From Candidatus Omnitrophota bacterium (GTDB taxonomy: Bacteria; Omnitrophota; Gorgyraeia; Zapsychrales; Fredricksoniimonadaceae): a stretch of DNA of 64,000 nucleotides. A program made the translations under genes and the position numbers. The stretch lies in NCBI GenBank assembly GCA_903908245.1, contig CAIVRE010000030.1, positions 11,857 to 75,856 on the forward strand. Direction: 5' to 3'. Shown piece by piece: positions 17,435-27,503 of the stretch (position 1 is its first letter; each line of letters begins with the position of its first letter). The notes under the pieces are model-generated. The model did no database searches. It saw only the letters and a list, made by a program, of their open reading frames with translations, and was not told where the DNA came from.

Positions 17435-20158
17435 TTATCCCTGAACAACGATCCTTGCCATAAAAGCGACCTTTTCCTGCGGCCGGAGCGTTTTCAGTTC
17501 TTTTTCAAGATACTGCAGGACCCTGCCGCGATGGTAAAGATCCGAATTCACAACATTCATGATCGTGGTGACACTCGGGCCGCAAGGCAATATGCTGACA
17601 TCCGGCAACCCCTCCGGGCCCGAGATGCCGGCCGATACGGTCATAGATCCCCCGGGAACATCTTCCGTATTAACGCCCGAATGAACAACTTCCCAATCTT
17701 CATCAATATTGGCCTTGAACGGAGGCAAAACCCCGCTCACGCCATTGACGGAGAACTTGTCGTATCTTTCCGAGAGCATAACATTGGTCTGAATGCGATC
17801 AAGCTCGATCTCTTCAGCCGCGACCATCCAGGCGCGCAATTCGATCCGATCCCTGTCGAGCAATTTGATCTCCCAATACTGGCTCAACGGTAACCGCAGC
17901 CAATGGCCTTGAGCAACGATCGTATGCTCATCCATACGCTCGACTCTCCAGGCTGCCGTTAAACCGGAAGAATGCCACCTTCCCCTGCATCGCAAAGCAG
18001 TATAGACGCCAAGATTCTTCGTCAACTCTTTGCCTTTCCAAAAAAGCTGCCCCCGGCCCTGGTCAAAACAACAACTCAATTCACCCCGCTCAACCCTGCC
18101 GACAATTTTTTCATTGGCGACAATGTTTTTCCTGCCGAAAGAAGCCTCGACATTAAAACAGGCATATTCCCCGGGCTTGATCCTGCTCCCGCTCTCGCTC
18201 TCGACCTTCCAGACGCGGATCTCACGGGATCGGGAAAAAATATCGGAATTAAAGACCTTTACAAAATTATCCAGGCCATCCGCCCCCCTGAGCACCACGG
18301 CAGGGACATCATTGATCCGGCTGAACATCCCGACTTCAGACTGCCGGACACACCCGTGAAGGACATCAACCTCATACTCGAGAAAATCAGCCGAAAAATC
18401 CTTCTCAAGAGGGCCGCAGAACCATGATGTGTATCCTTTGACAAATACCCAGTTGAGCAAATGCTGTTCAATGGAGACTTCTTCACTGACCTCTATAAAA
18501 ACTTTAAACCGGAACGCATCTTCCCCGGCCGCCTCGATCTCCCAGACCTGGATAACCGGCAGATCCGGCCAGGACACCTTGATGATCATTTTATCATCGG
18601 AGACCTTTTCAACCGTCCATTGCGCAAACGTAGACAAATACCTTCGTCCGCCAACGTAAACAGAAGACACAACGGAATTCAACGCCACCGGGACAGGCCC
18701 CCGGCGAACAATATCGCATCGCCCGTTATTAAAGATCAGATTCACCGTTTTAAGCGATACGGTATAACCTGCCCGCAAGCCGTCCAGATATTGCTCCAGG
18801 TCCGGGACATTCAAAAGGAACTTGCCCGAAAACCAGTGCGAATGGTCCGTTTGCGGCATATTATGCTGCGCGCCGGATATCCTGTATTGCAGGACCCTTG
18901 AATCAACGATAGAGTCGGCATTCAATATCTGGGCCCTGCACTGATCATCCCGGCATTCCAGGATCAATCCAGGCAATCCCGCGTCATCGGGCCCCGAAGG
19001 CATCACGCCCATGCATTGATGGGGAATATTCTTTTCAATGAACGACTGCCAGTCCTTGCTGTTCTGGTCAATGGGCGGGAAATGCCCTTTCTCGGAAGGA
19101 GTGAACCAGTCGGCATACTCCTTCTGCAATAAGATATTAATATATCCTTCCTGAATATCCAAAGCCTCATCCGCCTCGACCGCCACGTCCCATTTCAACC
19201 CGTGATCTTCGGTGATCTCTATTTTCCAGACCAGGGTCAACGCCAGCTGATATATTCTTCCCCGGGCCACGAACCGTGTTTCGCCCTCTTTCTGCACTTC
19301 CCAATCCGCCTGAAAAGAATTGTAATTCCTGCCTTCGATCTGAAACCGGGTATATCCCCCGGAATTCGACGTGACCGGCCTGTCGTTCCAATTAAAGAAT
19401 ATCCGGCCGTTATTAAAAATAACCGAAAGAGGGCCTTTAGCCAACACTGCGACTTTCTCCCTGGCGCCGATCATCTGCGTGTAAAAAGGGATGACTTTCT
19501 CGGCCAGGCCGTCTTTCATTATCCTTCCGTCTTTAACAAGAATGACCCTTTGGCAAAGCCTGCGCAGCATATTCATGTCATGCGTCACACAAATGATCGT
19601 CGTGCCGGAATCTTTAAGCTCAAATATCCTTTTAATACACTTCTTTTGAAAGAACTCATCCCCCACGGCGAGAATATCGTCGATAACCAGGATCTCGGGC
19701 TCAACATGGATCGCGGCGGAGAACGCCAGGCGTACGAACATGCCCTGGGAATAGCATTTTACCGGAGCGTCGATGAACCGGCCGATATCGGCAAAATGGA
19801 TGATCCGCTCCACGATCTCCGCCTGCCTGGCCTGATCGATGCCGGACAAATTCAAATTAAGATATACATTCTCCCGTCCGGTCAATTCCGGCTGGAAGCC
19901 GGCCCCCATTTCCAGAAGCCCTGCCACTCTTCCGGCAACCCTGGCTTCTCCCCGGTCCGGCTTCAAAAGCCCTGCAATGACCTTCAGGAGCGTTGTCTTG
20001 CCGGCCCCGTTCTCTCCGATGATCCCCAGTGTTTCACCGGCCTCGATCTGGAAACTGATCCCTTTCAAGGCCCAGAAATTCTCCCAGGAAACCTTGCCGC
20101 CGACAACGAACTTGATCCGGTAAATTTCCCAGACATCCTTCAGATCTACAATAGCCAT
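17435..20158 (-). CDS. wzt: Wzt/TagH-like polysaccharide-export ABC ATP-binding protein (907 aa) with long C-terminal extension holding three tandem ~200-aa repeats
   Basis: Walker A GENGAGKTT, ABC signature YSQGM, Walker B ILVIDD in first ~240 aa. Repeats start IFNNGRIFFNWNDRPV / LIFNNGRCDIVRRGPV / QLFWKGKELTKNLGV, with conserved W..E.....G.W..LP..Q.WEI positions. Confidence 0.85.
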   Translation of the reverse strand: MAIVDLKDVWEIYRIKFVVGGKVSWENFWALKGISFQIEAGETLGIIGENGAGKTTLLKVIAGLLKPDRGEARVAGRVAGLLEMGAGFQPELTGRENVYLNLNLSGIDQARQAEIVERIIHFADIGRFIDAPVKCYSQGMFVRLAFSAAIHVEPEILVIDDILAVGDEFFQKKCIKRIFELKDSGTTIICVTHDMNMLRRLCQRVILVKDGRIMKDGLAEKVIPFYTQMIGAREKVAVLAKGPLSVIFNNGRIFFNWNDRPVTSNSGGYTRFQIEGRNYNSFQADWEVQKEGETRFVARGRIYQLALTLVWKIEITEDHGLKWDVAVEADEALDIQEGYINILLQKEYADWFTPSEKGHFPPIDQNSKDWQSFIEKNIPHQCMGVMPSGPDDAGLPGLILECRDDQCRAQILNADSIVDSRVLQYRISGAQHNMPQTDHSHWFSGKFLLNVPDLEQYLDGLRAGYTVSLKTVNLIFNNGRCDIVRRGPVPVALNSVVSSVYVGGRRYLSTFAQWTVEKVSDDKMIIKVSWPDLPVIQVWEIEAAGEDAFRFKVFIEVSEEVSIEQHLLNWVFVKGYTSWFCGPLEKDFSADFLEYEVDVLHGCVRQSEVGMFSRINDVPAVVLRGADGLDNFVKVFNSDIFSRSREIRVWKVESESGSRIKPGEYACFNVEASFGRKNIVANEKIVGRVERGELSCCFDQGRGQLFWKGKELTKNLGVYTALRCRGRWHSSGLTAAWRVERMDEHTIVAQGHWLRLPLSQYWEIKLLDRDRIELRAWMVAAEEIELDRIQTNVMLSERYDKFSVNGVSGVLPPFKANIDEDWEVVHSGVNTEDVPGGSMTVSAGISGPEGLPDVSILPCGPSVTTIMNVVNSDLYHRGRVLQYLEKELKTLRPQEKVAFMARIVVQG

Positions 20159-20206
20159 CAGATCGTCCTTATCCGCTTTAAGCCCTGTGGGATCAACCTT
20201 TTCACC

Positions 20207-21685
20207 TTAATGCGCCCCGGCCTCTTCCAACAAAGTAACGCCAAAAACATCGCGCAAAATAACCCGGGCAATATTCCCGGCCAACATGGTGTTGCCCAGG
20301 TCCGTACAATGGCCAAAGTCCCCGGCGAACCTGTCCCTGAAAACCTGCTCGAAACGGTATTTCTTCAACGCATCCTTGAACAGCCTTTCATTATCGACAA
20401 AACTGACATTCTGGCGTTGGTCCGCAGGGAAAATCTGTTTTAACGGCTCTATATTGCGCATGGCATACTGCACACACACAAGGCGGATCCCGTGCTGATC
20501 GAGCAATTTCTTTATTTTATGGTAATTTTCCACAGTCACCGACGCATACCCTTGCGGCGCTACGGCATACCCCCGCGCAAGATAATCCTCACTCAAATCA
20601 AATTTCCCAAGGACACGGTAAACATGAGCCAGGCCGAAATAAGGGCTGACATCAATGATCCCACCCGGCTTATTAAGCTCTATGGATTCTTTATACCGCA
20701 CCACCGCCTCATCATACCGGCCCTGCGCCGCGGCCACTTCCCCGGCGAACAGGCTTATCCATCCGGCATGACAATGATCCATAAGGGCCTTCAGCAAAAC
20801 TTCCGCTTCTGCATACTTATGCATGGCGATCAATTGGACAAATAGCATCCTCAGGTCCCCGCTCTCTCGAGGGCATAACACAAATTCTTTTTTATATTTC
20901 TCGATCATCCGTTCGAGCATCTTTTGCTGCTCTTTCGGCTCACACAGCCACATCAACCTGAAATAAGCATCGGAATTCCCGGGATTGATCCTGATGGCCT
21001 TATGGAACGCAAATTTTGCCGCATTGACCTTGCCCTGAGCGTTAAGCTCCATACCGCGTTTCACATAAAAACTGTCATCTCCCGGCGACACAACCGCCGG
21101 CTGCGGCATTGTTGCGCCGCCTGAGGCAACGGGCAACACCCCTGGTCGAGGCTCTCCTGGCGCCTCCTGCTTCTTTTCCCCCCACTTAGCCTGAATATGC
21201 AGGCCAAGCAATTGCATAAGCTTGTATGTTTTTAAAGCCTGGAAAAAATTCTGCCCGTGCGCATTGAACCCGGCGGGCATGTGCCTGGCACCCGCGTCAT
21301 TAATGCCGATCATGGCCACCACCGCATCAGGCCTGTATTTTCTGATATTACTCTCCATCCTTTCAAGGATAAGATCCGTATTGGTCGCCGACAAACCTTC
21401 ATCAATAACGCTGAACTGTGTTTTGATCCGCTGGGCATTGAGGATCTTTTCAAGGAACCGCGGGTACTGCCCCTGCGTCGTCGATTCCCCGACACACATG
21501 ATCCGGTAGGCCGCCCCGTTCTTACTAGCGGACCAATTCTTGTACTGCTGTACAGCCAGAATAACAAAACCCGCTGTCTGCAGCCCTATTTCAAGAATGA
21601 CCAAAGTAAGGAATACGCCAAACAACATCAGCGCTATTCTCTGGCCTGGAGAACTTACCGTTGGGGGTTTTTGATCCTTTTCCAT
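20207..21685 (-). CDS. membrane-anchored SGNH hydrolase with inserted TPR repeats (paralog 2)
   Basis: TM helix, CVGESTT, GIND, DFGHCT blocks and TPR repeats; collinear with 4898-6193 and 21721-23208. Confidence 0.75.
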   Translation of the reverse strand: MEKDQKPPTVSSPGQRIALMLFGVFLTLVILEIGLQTAGFVILAVQQYKNWSASKNGAAYRIMCVGESTTQGQYPRFLEKILNAQRIKTQFSVIDEGLSATNTDLILERMESNIRKYRPDAVVAMIGINDAGARHMPAGFNAHGQNFFQALKTYKLMQLLGLHIQAKWGEKKQEAPGEPRPGVLPVASGGATMPQPAVVSPGDDSFYVKRGMELNAQGKVNAAKFAFHKAIRINPGNSDAYFRLMWLCEPKEQQKMLERMIEKYKKEFVLCPRESGDLRMLFVQLIAMHKYAEAEVLLKALMDHCHAGWISLFAGEVAAAQGRYDEAVVRYKESIELNKPGGIIDVSPYFGLAHVYRVLGKFDLSEDYLARGYAVAPQGYASVTVENYHKIKKLLDQHGIRLVCVQYAMRNIEPLKQIFPADQRQNVSFVDNERLFKDALKKYRFEQVFRDRFAGDFGHCTDLGNTMLAGNIARVILRDVFGVTLLEEAGAH

Positions 21686-21720
21686 AAAATCCGCTCCATT
21701 GAACAGGACACTTCCGAGAT

Positions 21721-23208
21721 CTATCTCATCTTCAAGACTTCTTTTATAACAACACCGGCTATCTGCTCCGCCAAAAGCTTATTCCCCAGACTGGTGCAAT
21801 GCCCGAAATCACCTCCGAACATATCCAGGAAATATTCATGGATATGCCCGCCAGCTACCGCCGCTTTGAACACCCCCTCATTATCAACAAAAAAAACTCC
21901 GTCCGAGGACGCAAAGATCTTCTTAAGCACCGAGACTTTACGCATGGGATACTGCACGCAGACCAGCTTGATCTTTCTTCGATCCAATATCGCCTTCAAA
22001 TTCCGATAATTTGTAACAGTAAACAAACTGTAGAAATCATCGTCCAAAGACTTTACCGTCGGCTCATAAACCGCGGCCTCTTTGGCCTTCCCCATCTCCT
22101 GATAAAACAGCATCAACCTTCGATAACAACGGTCATTCTTCGGGTTTTTTTCGATATACCATTTTAATTCTTTCTCGGCATCGGCATATCGCTTCTGGAT
22201 CATATAAATATAAACCAAAGAAAAAGTCACATTCTCGTTTTTATTATTGAAAAACTCCGCCTTCTTATACGCCGCTTCCGCCTGCTCATATTTCTTCTGA
22301 AACAAATAAAGATCTCCCAATGAGCAATATACCACTGCATCACCGGATGTTAATTCAATGACCTTTAATAACAAGGCCTCCACAGACTCCCAGCGGTTGG
22401 TGCTCCTATAGATCCATGACAACCCGTAATAAGCCTGGGCATTCCGGGGGTTCTTTGCCAAAACCTCATTGAACGCCTTCTCTGCCTGTTCCTGGTCCCC
22501 CCTCGAAAAAGCATCCCACCCGTCGGATAAGAACTTCTGTTCATCCGCCGAATGACGGCCGCCCGAAACACCAAGGAGCTCCTGACCGCTTGAAAGCCCA
22601 AAATTCTTCAATTTCTTCCCTTTTACCTCCGCCGGCGGCTCAGACAAGCCAGGAGCCTGCACGGCAGAAGGCTTTGCCGTACGGATCTCTTGCATTTTTG
22701 CTGTCAAATGAAGCCGCAAGAATCGAGCTAATTTACAAACACGCAAAGAGAACAACCACTGAACAAACCCCGATGAACCCTTTACCTGCTGCGGCATATG
22801 CAGCCCCTGATCGTTGATCCCCATCATCACCACGACCAGGTCCGGCTTATATTTATCCAGATTCACTTCCAGTTGCTCCAGGATCACATCGGTGTTAACC
22901 GAAGGCATCCCTTTATCAATAACGCTAAATTTTATATCCTTACCACGACGATTAAGCGCCTCTTCAAGAAAAGGGGGATATTGCTTTGCGGTAGTAGACT
23001 CCCCCAAACACATAATACGATAACCATTGGCCCTTAAAGAACGCAAATTCTCGGACTCCTGAAGAAAATAGAATATTGCGCCGCCTATACGCAGCCCTGA
23101 TTCCAGAAGGACAAGACACAGGAATATCCCGAATAAAACAAGCCCTGTTTTCTGCAATAATGTCGTCCTGAACTCACTGCGCGGCTCATTGCTCATAAGA
23201 TCGATCAA
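21721..23208 (-). CDS. membrane-anchored SGNH hydrolase with inserted TPR repeats (paralog 3)
   Basis: TM helix, CLGESTT, GINDQG, DFGHCT blocks and TPR repeats. Confidence 0.75.
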   Translation of the reverse strand: MIDLMSNEPRSEFRTTLLQKTGLVLFGIFLCLVLLESGLRIGGAIFYFLQESENLRSLRANGYRIMCLGESTTAKQYPPFLEEALNRRGKDIKFSVIDKGMPSVNTDVILEQLEVNLDKYKPDLVVVMMGINDQGLHMPQQVKGSSGFVQWLFSLRVCKLARFLRLHLTAKMQEIRTAKPSAVQAPGLSEPPAEVKGKKLKNFGLSSGQELLGVSGGRHSADEQKFLSDGWDAFSRGDQEQAEKAFNEVLAKNPRNAQAYYGLSWIYRSTNRWESVEALLLKVIELTSGDAVVYCSLGDLYLFQKKYEQAEAAYKKAEFFNNKNENVTFSLVYIYMIQKRYADAEKELKWYIEKNPKNDRCYRRLMLFYQEMGKAKEAAVYEPTVKSLDDDFYSLFTVTNYRNLKAILDRRKIKLVCVQYPMRKVSVLKKIFASSDGVFFVDNEGVFKAAVAGGHIHEYFLDMFGGDFGHCTSLGNKLLAEQIAGVVIKEVLKMR

Positions 23209-23214
23209 TTGCCC

Positions 23215-24408
23215 CTATCCGATATTCTTTAACTTCTTTTGCAGGATCTCCCTGGAAACCCTTATCTCTTTTAGCAACTCGACACATTGAGACTTGTCCG
23301 CTCCGCGCCATAACACGAACCAAAGCCTTGCCTTATTGGCTATCTTTCCAAGAACATATTTCGCGTTCTGATACACCCGATAATACATCCTCTTATAAAA
23401 ACTCCATGTGCCAAGCTTTTGCGCTTTCAGCGCGATAAGCCGATCGAATTCAGGCTTTCCAAAATTCTGGTCATAACAGCTCATCATGCATCCGCCACAA
23501 CCTTTTGTCACTATCTCCCGGCGCAATTGATCATGCTTCGGCGAGCCCCAGATCGCGGACAATCTTTTCCCCTTAACATTACCGATAACCCTGTTCGACA
23601 ATACCCAGCAGGGATAAACATCTCCCCCCGCCGAGACAGGGCACGAACTGAAGATCGCTGAACAGCCTTTCTGCTCCGCATTGATCCTGGCCTCTCCGCA
23701 CAAATAGGAAGGGATATTCTGAAGATACTCCGAAGGATTGGTCATGATCCTGTATTCTTTTGCCAGCCGCTCCACTTCCGCCATGCTTCGCTCAATATCT
23801 TCCCGCAGCTCTTTTGGCGCAAAAAATCCCGACCGGATCGCTTTGTCTTTTATAAAAATATCGCTGAAAGGCTGGAACTTTACCGTCGTAACCCCGAATT
23901 GATGCGCCAGCTCGATCACCCGCGGCAACGCCGCATAGTTCTGCCGGCTGACGATCGAAGCGATCGTTGTTTCGATCTTATACCTGGAAAGATTTCTCAA
24001 AGCATCCACGGCTTTGACAAAACTTCCTTTCCCTCTTAAAGAGTCGTGTGTCTGCTCATCTCCCTCGATCGAAATATTAACAACCCCGATCCCGGCCAGG
24101 CTCAGTTTATGCGCCACTTCATCCGTCAGTAAAGTACCATTGGACGCCAGGCAGGTATTGATCCTCGACCGGCTGACAGAAGCGATCAGGTCAAAAATAT
24201 CTTCACGCAAGAGCGGCTCACCGCCGCTGAACACAATACTGCGCGGGCAAAGCCGGACAGCGTCCGCGATCAGGCACTGCATCTCTTGCGCGCTTAATTC
24301 CTCATTGTTGCCGGATCCCGGGATCTGGCACATCGCGCAGCGCAAATTGCAGCGGTTCGTGATCGACAGGATCACTTCATTTAGCCGGTGTTCCATAGTG
24401 TTTATCAC
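23215..24408 (-). CDS. radical SAM/SPASM-domain protein
   Basis: ITNRCNLRCAMC; Gly-rich FSGGEPLLR; C-terminal Cys cluster (CSAIFSSCP...CWVL...CGGCMMSC). Confidence 0.8.
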   Translation of the reverse strand: MINTMEHRLNEVILSITNRCNLRCAMCQIPGSGNNEELSAQEMQCLIADAVRLCPRSIVFSGGEPLLREDIFDLIASVSRSRINTCLASNGTLLTDEVAHKLSLAGIGVVNISIEGDEQTHDSLRGKGSFVKAVDALRNLSRYKIETTIASIVSRQNYAALPRVIELAHQFGVTTVKFQPFSDIFIKDKAIRSGFFAPKELREDIERSMAEVERLAKEYRIMTNPSEYLQNIPSYLCGEARINAEQKGCSAIFSSCPVSAGGDVYPCWVLSNRVIGNVKGKRLSAIWGSPKHDQLRREIVTKGCGGCMMSCYDQNFGKPEFDRLIALKAQKLGTWSFYKRMYYRVYQNAKYVLGKIANKARLWFVLWRGADKSQCVELLKEIRVSREILQKKLKNIG

Positions 24409-25552
24409 CTAAAACGACCTCTTCATATTTATCCATTGAACCGATCCCCTCTTCCAGCGCCTGCCTCTTTTCCGCCTTTGTCAATGATGAACGGTCCAAC
24501 GCTGTCACAAAATCATTCACGACCATCTTTAAAGAATCCGCCCCCGGCCGCGCCCAGCATGTTTGCAGGCACGGCTTATCGCACGCGCGCATTCGCTCCC
24601 TGGCCATCCTCGCGCTCTCCGTATGCAGGCAATCATTCAGGCTCATATCCTTGATATTGCCGAACGAGGGGCCGCAACTGCGCACAGCACCGTCGGGACC
24701 GACATCAACGAATACGAAAGGATTACACTTCCAGTCGCTCTTGGTCAGCGAACCCTGAAAATATCCTAACCACTGGTAAGGATCATGCAGGAATGCGACC
24801 AGGCCGGAGCTCTTCTGATATTCAACGATCCGGTCGACCTGGCTTTTAAAAACGCCCAGCAATTCCGGCGTGATCCAGAGCCCCCCGCCTTTGATGGTGT
24901 TCTGCATATCGGCTTGCGCCACGATCACCGGATGATACACCAGGCATTCCACCCCAACCTCCCTGGCCAAAGGAATGATGTCGTATAACTCATGAACGTT
25001 CTCTTTCATCATGGTGACCCAGGCCGAGATCTGCGGGCCATGCGAGGCCTTCTTTTTCTCCTCAGACAAAAAACGCAACGCCCTGATCGCCTTAGAATAA
25101 GCCCCTTCCGTCCCCCGGATATAGTCGTGCGTCCTGGCACAGGCCCCGTCGAGAGAAACCGCAATATTGCTCAGGCCGGAGTCAATGACCCTGGCCGCGA
25201 ATTGCGGAGTATCAATGAGGCTGCCGTTGGTCACTGCCTCGGTCTTCAGACCCAACGAAACCGAGTAACAAATGATCTCAAAAATGTCTTTTCTTAAAAA
25301 TATCTCCCCGCCGGTGAACAGGACCGTGCAATCCGTCCCCCAGCCGGCCACTTCATCCAGGCTCTTTTTTAATACATTTATGTCCAGCTCCTGGTCCTGC
25401 AGGACCTTCTTTACCCCGCACATCTGACAATTAAAATTACACTTGTGCAATAAGCTGAAAAAAACCCAATACGGCCTGGCGAAAGGCCGGTTCAGAGCTT
25501 CGGAAAAATAATAATCCAGGTTCTTCTGAAATTCACCGACGATATTGGACAT
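24377..25552 (-). CDS. radical SAM/SPASM-domain protein
   Basis: HKCNFNCQMC; FTGGEIFLRKD; C-terminal Cys-rich region (CNPFVF...CGPSF...CDKPCLQTC). Confidence 0.8.
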   Translation of the reverse strand: MSNIVGEFQKNLDYYFSEALNRPFARPYWVFFSLLHKCNFNCQMCGVKKVLQDQELDINVLKKSLDEVAGWGTDCTVLFTGGEIFLRKDIFEIICYSVSLGLKTEAVTNGSLIDTPQFAARVIDSGLSNIAVSLDGACARTHDYIRGTEGAYSKAIRALRFLSEEKKKASHGPQISAWVTMMKENVHELYDIIPLAREVGVECLVYHPVIVAQADMQNTIKGGGLWITPELLGVFKSQVDRIVEYQKSSGLVAFLHDPYQWLGYFQGSLTKSDWKCNPFVFVDVGPDGAVRSCGPSFGNIKDMSLNDCLHTESARMARERMRACDKPCLQTCWARPGADSLKMVVNDFVTALDRSSLTKAEKRQALEEGIGSMDKYEEVVLGDKHYGTPAK

Positions 25553-25575
25553 GGCATTGACTTCTTGTTGTTATT

Positions 25576-27486
25576 TTAATCACAAAAACACGGCAGCAAA
25601 CACGGCCAGTGGCATTTCCTGGCCGCCGCCCTGGCCTTGACGATCTGAGGCCCCATCATGATCTCTTTAAGCGTTTGCTTGCGAATATCCCCGTAAGCTG
25701 AAAAACAGGTGGTGCACATCCCCTGGTTGGAGACCAGGATCGTTTTCTCTCCCGAATGGCACTGGACATCATCGCAGGTCAAACTGCCGCGGTAATATTT
25801 CTTCATCAGCTCAAGATTCCGGGCCGAGTTCTTTATAAATCCGGGGGCTTCTTCTTTCAACTTTTTAAGCTGATCAAGGGAATTATCCAACAAAGAAAAC
25901 CTTTCTTCCTTGACCCAGAACGGAGAATGCTTCCTTTCCGCCATCATCAGATTGTTGGGCAGCAAAGCCTGGAATTGCAGGGAATTGGCCCCCAGCGACC
26001 TGACAAAATCCACCAGCGCGGCCAACTCTTCCAGGTTCTCATTAAAGATGATCGTGATCAGATTGAAATTCACCTGCGGATGCTTCCTCTTGAGCGCCGA
26101 AAGCGCCTGCAGCCCCTGGACCGTTTCCTGCCAGGCTGTATCGGAATTCCTGACATGATTATGCGTCTTTGCCTGCAAGGAATCCAGCGAAACGACCGGA
26201 GCAATGGTGCCGTCCAGTAAATATGGCTCCAACCGGTCCATATATTTATTGATCAATATGCCATTGGACAGGATCCCCAAGTTCTTGATCCCGATCGACC
26301 GGGCGTGATCCATGATCTCAAAAATATCTTTTCTTAATAAAACCTCGCCGCCGGATAAAGCGATCTCCGCAAAGCCCGACTCTTTCCCCTGGGACAGCAT
26401 GCTCCTGACACTGTCCAGATCCATATCTTTCTCATCCCGGGACGTTTTCCAGATATCGCAGATCCGGCAGCTTAAATTACAGGCATGCGTGATGTCCAAT
26501 ATCAGCAGGTTCGGACGGTCCGCCTTTTGCGGCCGCTCCTTTTGTATCAGATCAGCGCCGGCCCTGAAAAATTCCACGATATTGCCCGCGATATAAAAAA
26601 CCTTGTGCAACGCAAAAAGAGCGAATACAGCCGCTTTCTTTAAAGGGTGCCTGATCTTGTGTTCATGGATCAGCGCCGTCCCAAGCCTGCAGCTGAACCA
26701 GGGGATCTTAAGGCTATTGATCAATGTCGCTGCCCAGAACTCCAGCGTCCCTGTCCTCAATTCCTTGAGCAAAGGATGATCACGGTGTAAATACGCGACA
26801 AGATAATTCCCCCTGCCGTATTTATACGCCTGGTCCGCACAGCTGCGCAGCGTGTCCTCGCGATAATGGGTCACGCGGATGTCTTTGTTCCAAATGAACC
26901 TGTGCCCTTTCTTATAAAGCCGCCAGGACAGCTCCAGGTCTTCACCGCCGGGCAACGGAAAATCCTCGTTGAATCCTTCCGCTGCCAGAACATGCCGTTT
27001 GAACGAAACATTGCATGTAGGAAAAAATATCGTCTCCCGGCTCCCCTTGATCTCCGTCTCAATGCTGCCATTGGCCAGGAACTGCCCCAGGAGCACCGGC
27101 GCTCTGTCGGTAGCCGTCACCGTTAATCCGCCGATCGCGGCGATACCGGGATTCTCTTCATGCGCGCGCGCCATGGACCCCGCCCAATCGGCCGCGGCGA
27201 CACAATCATCGTCGATAAAACAGATGACCCCTCCCCGGGAATGTTTGATCCCAAGGTTCCTCGCGACCGCGGGGCCCTGATGATCCTGGGTGAGGCACTT
27301 AAGATTCGCATGCCCGATCCTTAACTGATCGACCAGGCTGTTTGTCGCGGGACTGCCGCCATCATTGACCACCACGATCTCTATCGCGTCCTGAGGATGA
27401 TCCTGGGCAAACAGCGAAGCCAGGCACCGGGCCAGCATTGCATCCCGGCCGCGCGTAGGAATAATGACGGAAACCTGAACACTCAT
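25576..27486 (-). CDS. bifunctional fusion: N-terminal GT2 glycosyltransferase (~310 aa) + C-terminal radical SAM/SPASM domain (~320 aa)
   Basis: N-terminus VSVIIPTRGRDAML...VVVNDGGS...FIDDDC (GT2). From ~aa 320: ILDITHACNLSCRICD (Cx3Cx2C), LSGGEVLLRKD, C-terminal CDDVQC...CTTCF...CHWPCLLPCFC. One uninterrupted 636-aa ORF. Confidence 0.8.
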   Translation of the reverse strand: MSVQVSVIIPTRGRDAMLARCLASLFAQDHPQDAIEIVVVNDGGSPATNSLVDQLRIGHANLKCLTQDHQGPAVARNLGIKHSRGGVICFIDDDCVAAADWAGSMARAHEENPGIAAIGGLTVTATDRAPVLLGQFLANGSIETEIKGSRETIFFPTCNVSFKRHVLAAEGFNEDFPLPGGEDLELSWRLYKKGHRFIWNKDIRVTHYREDTLRSCADQAYKYGRGNYLVAYLHRDHPLLKELRTGTLEFWAATLINSLKIPWFSCRLGTALIHEHKIRHPLKKAAVFALFALHKVFYIAGNIVEFFRAGADLIQKERPQKADRPNLLILDITHACNLSCRICDIWKTSRDEKDMDLDSVRSMLSQGKESGFAEIALSGGEVLLRKDIFEIMDHARSIGIKNLGILSNGILINKYMDRLEPYLLDGTIAPVVSLDSLQAKTHNHVRNSDTAWQETVQGLQALSALKRKHPQVNFNLITIIFNENLEELAALVDFVRSLGANSLQFQALLPNNLMMAERKHSPFWVKEERFSLLDNSLDQLKKLKEEAPGFIKNSARNLELMKKYYRGSLTCDDVQCHSGEKTILVSNQGMCTTCFSAYGDIRKQTLKEIMMGPQIVKARAAARKCHWPCLLPCFCD

Positions 27487-27503
27487 CGCATTTATCCTTG
27501 AAT

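Noticed and set aside
19202-20443. 413-aa plus-strand ORF
   Set aside because: It is antisense to the wzt ABC ATPase gene and the start of an SGNH-TPR gene; shadow ORF. The same applies to 16455-17444, 7331-8257, 43078-44049, 51592-52641, 36344-37108 and 38301-39080.
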